A DNA stretch of 64,000 bases from an uncultured virus (IMG/VR IMGVR_UViG_3300005253_001911) (taxonomy: Duplodnaviria > Heunggongvirae > Uroviricota > Caudoviricetes): IMG/VR virus record IMGVR_UViG_3300005253_001911; one strand, written 5' to 3'. The position numbers were made by a program, and so were the translations under genes. Below, piece by piece: positions 58,501-64,000 of the stretch. The notes beneath the pieces were generated by a model. It saw only the letters and a program-made list of their open reading frames with translations, was not told the DNA's origin and made no database searches. Each line of letters opens with the position of its first letter. The first letter of the stretch is position 1.

Positions 58501-61095
58501 AGCCTGTTCACCTTCTCTGATATAACAATTATATTCTGGTAATAGTGTGGCATATTCATAGCTGGCGTTCCAAGCATATTTAATTTCTACATCTCTACAA
58601 AAAGGCTGACGTATCCATGTTATAAGTTTTGTTTTTACATGGCCCTTAATTCTACCAGTTATCCCTCTAAATACAATAGAAACCATAAGAGGCTCGTATC
58701 CAAATTTTCTAATAGTATATAAATTGTCAGTGGCATTTATAACAAAATTCTCTCTGTAGCTTACTGAATCATCTTCATCTATAAATGATTCCAGCTCTTC
58801 TTCTCCCCCAAGGGGATTTTCTAATGTGCGTCTTTCATATGTCACAAGCTCTTTTATGGATAAATAATCATTTTTACAAAAAGAATTAAAGTTATTAATA
58901 TCTTTCGGCCTGATAATAAACTGATTCACTTCCATTCTATCATTACAGCTCTCATATATAATCATTTCTTCTCTGCCAGTCTCATTACCATCATCATCTA
59001 CATGAACTATCTCTAATTTACCTTCAACTTCCCATGGTTTGATTACATAACTTAATACCTTAGTCTCGTCAACCTCATCAGGTATAACTACTAAGGCATA
59101 ACCGGCGTTGCCGAAGAACTTAGTGTTTTTTATATCCAGCTCTATATCAGATCCTACAGTAACCTTATACAGTCTATAAGTCAATTCATAAGTTTTGTTA
59201 TCTGGAATAATTGAAGGGTTAGCCGATAACCTGTCACGGACACCATCAAGATACATATAATAGGATAAGTATTGGCCATAATCACCGCGTTCTTCATTTA
59301 TGAGTGGAAAGAAACTAAATGATACAGATCCATTATCATTCAAATACGCAGAAAAATCACTTCCATAATCAGGCAAATAATCTATCTCTCCATCACCGGA
59401 AAGACTAAAACCAGTTTGCCCAATAATACCGCCGACATATATCTTTTTAAAATATATCTTATCGAATTCCCATCTACCACTACCTTTGTTAAACACAAAT
59501 ATATTATTATCCCCCCACCTACTAGGGGCATCTATATAAAACATATTCTGGTCGCTACCAAATTCTGACGCTGGCATTTTATCTGGCATTGCATCTATTA
59601 TAAAATCTAATATGCATTCTAACTCATCATAAAACTCATCGAACACAGCTCCACTACTTAATTCTAACTTGGCTTCTATTTCAGACATATTCATATATTC
59701 TTTTAATCTTTCAGCTACATGTGAAGGAAAATTTAACTCTGGATCATCTATGTTAAAAGCATATGTTTCACTATTATACCAGAACATATCACCAAATATT
59801 AATACACTATTGTGATCAATATCTGATGACTCAAATATATTTAAACTTTCACCGTCAATATCTTTTAAATCTTCACCATGAATATCCTTATTATCGAATC
59901 TATTTCTAATAATAGGTGCAAGTACTATATCTTTTAGTTCTCTTACTAAATCGGGATATTTCTTTCTATAGTCATCAGCCACCGTACCTTCGGTCAGCAT
60001 AGCTTTATCATGTTTTATTTCAAATGTATCAAAGTCATTTATATAAGTTCTATGAGCAGGTATAAGATACTTGTCATCTGACTGAACAGACACAGTACCA
60101 TCCCATGCATATAGATATGGTTCTATAAAAGAATCCTTAAATTTCTGTTCTTCCCATTTTTCTTTTCTTATGTGATATCTCAGCTCCAACACTTGTTCAG
60201 CCAGTACCTTGTCACCTAGACGCATCTTCTCGTCTATACAGTATTGCCAACATATACCACTAGTATATCTAGGGCACTCAGGTTTAGCACCATTACAAGG
60301 AGATCTATTCATGTGCAGATCAAAATCCCACTTAAATCCATTACCTACATCACCGCTATAATTCTGAACTATCTCATCTGGATTAGTACATCTAAAAGTG
60401 ACAGTGTTTACCTTGCCGAAATTTGGACTATCCAAAGACGATTCAGCTGTAAAATCCTCGTTATCAGCTTGCCACCAATAACATCTGCCCAGGTCTGCAC
60501 GCTTGTTGTATACTTCATGGGATAGTGGTAATCGTACATCAAAACCACTTATAGTAGTAAATACACCATCTTCATCAGCTTTCTTTGTACCATCTTTGTC
60601 GTCTGGCTGAAGTGAAGAAAACCCCATAATATATGAAGAATATGCAGTACACTTTGTAGCAGTACCAAACCCATCACATCTACCATCATTATACTCAGTG
60701 ATAGCGCTATAATCAGCTGGGGTTGTAACCTTTCCTTCTTCTATCACAGATTTAGTAGCCCATTTTTTACCCGTTCTTCTATTTACAACATGTCTACTAT
60801 GATCAGGTACTATACATCTTTTTTGGGTTCCAGTACCAGCATACTGATTACACTGTGCTTGTGTGCCTACCAGATTACAATGCGGATAAAACGAGGCTCT
60901 TATCAGATTACCCTCTGAATCCTTAACCTCTACCGGATTACCCTCTGAATCTGTAACTTCATCTCCATCCGCATTAGTTTTCTTTTCTGTAAAAGTACAA
61001 ATAGCATTAGTAACATCCCAATTAGGACACAGTCCAGGTTCTATAGGATTACCGTCACTATCTATACTCCAGTATTGACACACATTAGCTGCCAC
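55594..61095 (-). CDS. Very large acidic Cys-rich protein, 1833 aa, probably structural
   Basis: Long open ORF in the structural module; dense Cys, especially C-x-x-[YW] motifs in the N-terminal ~300 aa. Confidence 0.7.
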   Translation of the reverse strand: MAANVCQYWSIDSDGNPIEPGLCPNWDVTNAICTFTEKKTNADGDEVTDSEGNPVEVKDSEGNLIRASFYPHCNLVGTQAQCNQYAGTGTQKRCIVPDHSRHVVNRRTGKKWATKSVIEEGKVTTPADYSAITEYNDGRCDGFGTATKCTAYSSYIMGFSSLQPDDKDGTKKADEDGVFTTISGFDVRLPLSHEVYNKRADLGRCYWWQADNEDFTAESSLDSPNFGKVNTVTFRCTNPDEIVQNYSGDVGNGFKWDFDLHMNRSPCNGAKPECPRYTSGICWQYCIDEKMRLGDKVLAEQVLELRYHIRKEKWEEQKFKDSFIEPYLYAWDGTVSVQSDDKYLIPAHRTYINDFDTFEIKHDKAMLTEGTVADDYRKKYPDLVRELKDIVLAPIIRNRFDNKDIHGEDLKDIDGESLNIFESSDIDHNSVLIFGDMFWYNSETYAFNIDDPELNFPSHVAERLKEYMNMSEIEAKLELSSGAVFDEFYDELECILDFIIDAMPDKMPASEFGSDQNMFYIDAPSRWGDNNIFVFNKGSGRWEFDKIYFKKIYVGGIIGQTGFSLSGDGEIDYLPDYGSDFSAYLNDNGSVSFSFFPLINEERGDYGQYLSYYMYLDGVRDRLSANPSIIPDNKTYELTYRLYKVTVGSDIELDIKNTKFFGNAGYALVVIPDEVDETKVLSYVIKPWEVEGKLEIVHVDDDGNETGREEMIIYESCNDRMEVNQFIIRPKDINNFNSFCKNDYLSIKELVTYERRTLENPLGGEEELESFIDEDDSVSYRENFVINATDNLYTIRKFGYEPLMVSIVFRGITGRIKGHVKTKLITWIRQPFCRDVEIKYAWNASYEYATLLPEYNCYIREGEQAGKRVDPDPVYKGYTPPCGDHDLSFNSGLGPMWYPYVDCNSYDRYNITGNLSEWDIRIMEVFWEDWADPPHGSHDMRMLGPADSFGETCDSHASLWNCLCDWSYCNSTKKTENLFTGYGRYRGGVTGLDKVKMLQNSGASPKFGNTYRDFMRSYRSMDNIDYYVVQGTSFIRKRKWVPINEFYASASITNPTSSYPYLMYCSNDFYDDTSSFMHQFGFLTVNDTIEGVQISESMEMAALVAMRYDFDEVFRTHSSLAGLYYPFPKDPYYRLINSVLVPIITWYTYKDYPEGDLSKSIQWAWQELWGELERYDLNTSDRTCASYTYIGDHPTIDNSTLMEEKLVTPQRKSGDDIIGRHIYFNVEHPDYKYDYMLGEHRLVCDEGDQVLWLTAPVEEGIGNYGDDPIWSIKLNSGPKRCFDLDGVWADGIGCNKTLYDTCTTSPWVTEVTLFDTGFTSTTPDADRTITTYDSIGDEVLEYYQRGLDVTIRSGMLKYLPRSAVLLNSEDYEIKLDKLADCMTAGEKENNNWASLEDLTEFYPAEYNLNLKYCDGSNELNIDMKLANDMSIGAVSIDFGLGAEEVEGGTPNTAESIFLGDLYHLPGVTIYKSADGISFTEISKVDSMFLSGSKDTLRSVRGFYDIAFNVNDIKSPYQYLRIKIRLKATTEEINAKGNLSNYYNKSGVLNQVHIQNVYVYYNRFEDSTEDITTWERKYNISVGKHGDFPPHGADSTGSLLYVIPKDRSTVYQYDSIGGVVGMPSSAGNIKTMNKSRGRILFETHSDKEAMSIGVGGGLSWLYKAEEEQKNIYDAIINEGETSFSLTSVAPPSLDSKLLEIGITFPAWGCSFHNSVVRPLKSVDKQGTYSPCGHLFIADYKNIEQISNCGKHGSIFWRSTENVFEYVFQHKCTGTLNWSIDVFTAWENGMGAVLTNPMGYIGPELARNEEVANRINASEYGSVTMQLAGSVASLN

Positions 61096-61396
61096 TATTA
61101 TCTATTACCTCCAAACTAAATTTACCAGTATGTTCATCTACATGGTAACAAATCTTTTTAGCCCCTTCATAAAATCCAATACTACGTCTTTCTACTCTGA
61201 AACTCTCTTGTATACCTGGCACCACACTGGCACGATACTTAACAAAATAAGCTTCTTTACCAGACAAATTCCACTCGCGGCCGTCATAAAAAAGGGAGAG
61301 CCTTGCGATCTGGTTTTTAGGTACTTTTTTCCAGTCCAAGTCACTCTCCCTGAGTATTGATCCATTAAATAATTCTACTTCCCATCCCCTTCTCAT
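61085..61396 (-). CDS. Hypothetical protein
   Basis: RBS AGGAGG; overlaps the start of the next gene. Confidence 0.7.
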   Translation of the reverse strand: MRRGWEVELFNGSILRESDLDWKKVPKNQIARLSLFYDGREWNLSGKEAYFVKYRASVVPGIQESFRVERRSIGFYEGAKKICYHVDEHTGKFSLEVIDNSGS

Positions 61397-61417
61397 AATA
61401 CCTCCTTTGATCCTGTA

Positions 61418-62191
61418 CTATCTATATTTTCTATTTATTTCTGCCACACCACTATTATTTACAATACCTCTTTTTAATAATTCTTCACCATCCCACAACT
61501 CTATATTATATTTTTGTTGAGCTAGTATAATCTTTTCCAAATCCTTTTTTTTCTTTCTACCTTTTACTTCAATATACTTTTCTTTATCCGGTAAATAGAA
61601 ATCCGGTAAATAGTTTACACCATATTTTACTTTTAACCATTTATACTCATAATACCAATTAATATTATTTCTTGTCAAATAATCAGCTACTTTAACTTCC
61701 CAACCAGAGCGCATCCACTTCCTGCCCTGATGTGGGGTGTCGTAATAAGAACCTTTTCCCCAATGACTATTAAACCCGATCTTTCTACCATTAGTAAAAG
61801 CCTCCGACATTTTCTTACGAGCTTCCTCGGTATGTCCTACGCCATATATAGGATTTAGTTTTCCCATACGGGCTTCGCTCTTAGTTCTAGTAGGAATTCC
61901 ATATTGTTTCATTTTCCGGTGAATAGGCGCTATACCACAACCAAATTTCTTACCAATTTCTACAGGATGAAGTTCCTTGTTCCAATATAAATCATATAAA
62001 ACATTCTTTGGTATATCCACACGTATAAATCTATTACCATCTGGATTACTAACTTTCCATTTTCTCAGCCTAGTACTAATAGCTGTCTGAGACACATTGA
62101 AATATTCTGCTATTTCTATCTGCTTGCAACCATTATTATACATCTGTATAATTTCTTTTTTTTCCTCATCTAGCCATAATATCCTTTTCAT
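61418..62191 (-). CDS. Homing-endonuclease-like protein: HTH repeats + NUMOD3 + PD-(D/E)XK nuclease
   Basis: EIAEYFNVSQTAI, NPIYGVGHTEEARKKMS, RSGWE, YLPDFYL....YIEVKG. Start moved to follow the AGGAG RBS. Confidence 0.8.
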   Translation of the reverse strand: MKRILWLDEEKKEIIQMYNNGCKQIEIAEYFNVSQTAISTRLRKWKVSNPDGNRFIRVDIPKNVLYDLYWNKELHPVEIGKKFGCGIAPIHRKMKQYGIPTRTKSEARMGKLNPIYGVGHTEEARKKMSEAFTNGRKIGFNSHWGKGSYYDTPHQGRKWMRSGWEVKVADYLTRNNINWYYEYKWLKVKYGVNYLPDFYLPDKEKYIEVKGRKKKKDLEKIILAQQKYNIELWDGEELLKRGIVNNSGVAEINRKYR

Positions 62192-62256
62192 ATCAACGCT
62201 CCTATAGTATATTTTTAGATAATTCATTCTTTATTAATAAATAACCATCTACATAT

Positions 62257-62285
62257 ATTATAGAATATTTTTTCAATTTTGCTAG
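62257..62285 (-). promoter_or_regulatory. Promoter CTAGCA-N17-TATAAT (copy 3)
   Basis: Minus strand TCTAGCAAAATTGAAAAAATATTCTATAATA. Confidence 0.75.
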
Positions 62286-62333
62286 ATATTTTTACAATAA
62301 AAATATATAATAACTAATTGAAATTACTTATTA

Positions 62334-63920
62334 TCATGAATAATCAAAATAATTTCTGTAGTTGACGGTTGAATTTGCGCCAGTTTCTGATGAGCCAAGT
62401 CTAATATTCAACCACATAGGATCACTTGTCATACCTCTTAGTGGATAATTACCTACAGCCTCACTTGCATCTGCAGTCGCTACAACAGAAAGATTATCTT
62501 CTGTAGCATACAAATAGGTTGGAGGCGTATCACTGTCAATATCAGTAGCTGCTAAATCCATACGCCACTCTTGACCAGTCATTGGTGAACCACCAGCATT
62601 ATTAGCCGGACCAACCGTACCAAATCTAAAATAAGTATCACTGTTTCCAGCATTATGATGACTAAATGATCCATTACTCTGTAAACCAAACTTCACTGTA
62701 CTCATCTGTGTTGCACCAGACTCTATCTCAAACATAACTGCCCTTAATGAGCTCTCAGTTGAAACGGTCACATTGCCATAATTCAAACTTGTAATGTTGT
62801 AACTTGCTGGCTCCGGCGGTTTACAAATTATAAAGAACTCATCGCCTGCAGCTAAATTATTGCCGCCAGTGAAATTGATGTATAACCCTCTTGTTCCCAC
62901 TCTTGTAGCTCCAGATGAAGTAGTACCTCTTGAAGCCCCACTCATATCACCTCTATCGGAACTCCATACAAATTCTGCAGTCCCAATCGCAGCATTAGCA
63001 TTTGAACCTTCAGCATAGTCCGGTTTAGAACAGACTATTGTCCATGCAGTGCCAACAGTGTTAAACACCGCATCAGTAAATTTAGCCATCAATCCATATT
63101 TACCTACACTATACCAAAAGTCTGGGTATAGCAGTTCAGTCCAATCAGTTTGAGTGTCATCGCCACCACCAGTACCCGTCCATTTCATCCTTGGTACATT
63201 TCCAGTACCAGCACCCATAGTTGTACCATTAGTAACATCTATTTCTATCACATAAGTAGTATCTCCACCAGTATTATTGAACACGCCACCAGTAGTCATA
63301 GTACCAGCATACGTATTACTACCTCCCTTACTAGCACTTCCTATACCCCTCACAGCAATATTATCATTACTAATGACTATACTATAAATCTCATCGAAAA
63401 ATCCATAATAAGTTCCAGTAACCCCTATAGTACCATCAAATGTATTGGAGGTAGCACTTCCACCTGTTTCCGTCTTAGTACTAAATCCAAGAACACTATG
63501 AGCTGTGTTTGTACCACTAGTAGCTACAGTGACACTAGAAGCTGATCCTAAAGTTCCAGAATATATTTGAAATCTATTACGTTTTGTTATAGTTCCACCA
63601 ATAGTTACATTTTCCCATTTACAAATTGCATGATCCCATCGTTCATCACTCTTACCAAGATTGTGCATCTTTTCTGTAATATCCCTTGCTACAAAGCGTG
63701 GGTCGAGCGCGCTTCCCGAAACTACAGTAATATATGGGCCACTATCCCCGTCCATTGAAATATGCAATCTGTTAGTTGTTGGCCCTATAGTAATCGTATC
63801 TCCGGGATCCGCAGTACCGACCGAATATCCGCGAGTACCTTTACCTCCCTGGCTTCTACCAAGACCCGCTACTCCGGACGCTGTTGTAGAATAAGCCACC
63901 CATCTCGTTACAGCTGCCAT
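62334..63920 (-). CDS. Probable virion structural protein, Gly/Thr/Ser-rich
   Basis: 528 aa, small-residue rich, strong RBS AAGGAGG, located in the structural module. Confidence 0.65.
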   Translation of the reverse strand: MAAVTRWVAYSTTASGVAGLGRSQGGKGTRGYSVGTADPGDTITIGPTTNRLHISMDGDSGPYITVVSGSALDPRFVARDITEKMHNLGKSDERWDHAICKWENVTIGGTITKRNRFQIYSGTLGSASSVTVATSGTNTAHSVLGFSTKTETGGSATSNTFDGTIGVTGTYYGFFDEIYSIVISNDNIAVRGIGSASKGGSNTYAGTMTTGGVFNNTGGDTTYVIEIDVTNGTTMGAGTGNVPRMKWTGTGGGDDTQTDWTELLYPDFWYSVGKYGLMAKFTDAVFNTVGTAWTIVCSKPDYAEGSNANAAIGTAEFVWSSDRGDMSGASRGTTSSGATRVGTRGLYINFTGGNNLAAGDEFFIICKPPEPASYNITSLNYGNVTVSTESSLRAVMFEIESGATQMSTVKFGLQSNGSFSHHNAGNSDTYFRFGTVGPANNAGGSPMTGQEWRMDLAATDIDSDTPPTYLYATEDNLSVVATADASEAVGNYPLRGMTSDPMWLNIRLGSSETGANSTVNYRNYFDYS

Positions 63921-63923
63921 TTT

Positions 63924-64000
63924 TTAAACCTCCTTAACTATGAAATTATTTTTAACATTTTTATTACTATGAACCCATTTATGACATTTCTTACACAAAG
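63924..64000 (-). CDS. 3' end of an HNH endonuclease gene (partial)
   Basis: Hand translation ...LCKKCHKWVHSNKNVKNNFIVKEV*, a typical LCxxCHxxxH HNH terminus. Confidence 0.6.
   Translation of the reverse strand, partial: LCKKCHKWVHSNKNVKNNFIVKEV

Noticed and set aside
389..63894. All plus-strand ORFs in the track and short nested minus-strand ORFs (e.g. 21267-21461, 42175-42369, 51826-52056)
   Set aside because: They lie wholly or largely within well-supported minus-strand genes and show no recognisable motifs; treated as shadow ORFs.
1..64000. Alternative genetic code or stop-codon reassignment
   Set aside because: Very long ORFs (up to 2512 aa) and near-complete coding density under the standard code; TAA, TAG and TGA all appear as gene ends.

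Overview
The window looks like a 64 kb segment of a large, AT-rich dsDNA bacteriophage. Every credible gene is on the minus strand and densely packed, often with overlapping stop and start codons. In transcription order (right to left) there are four blocks. (1) A virion/tail module (39.3-63.9 kb) of very large Ser/Thr/Gly-rich LamG, discoidin, DUF2341 and beta-propeller proteins, interleaved with homing-endonuclease-like genes. (2) A nucleotide, replication and recombination module (26-39 kb): thymidylate synthase, Ndk, Pol III beta clamp, RecA, DnaB, DnaG, RuvC-like and Cas4-like nucleases. (3) A ~24.5 kb, 31-ORF glycan cluster with about 12 glycosyltransferases, 6 methyltransferases, 2 sulfotransferases plus APS kinase, NeuA/NeuB/Maf-like, heptose kinase and a radical SAM enzyme, but no recognisable export or membrane machinery. 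(4) A separately promoted small DIP1984/DUF6847-like gene followed by a ~217-nt highly structured element with a tRNA-like acceptor stem ending in ACCA, then a partial dnaX. The best candidates for new biology are the small protein plus CCA-ended multi-hairpin RNA pair, and a putative phage-encoded virion O-glycosylation/sulfation system with a candidate T-x(1-2)-S-G sequon. Also notable are a five-member modular Zn-repeat HNH family and a conserved CTAGCA-N17-TATAAT promoter. All family calls are from motif recognition by eye; no searches were run.
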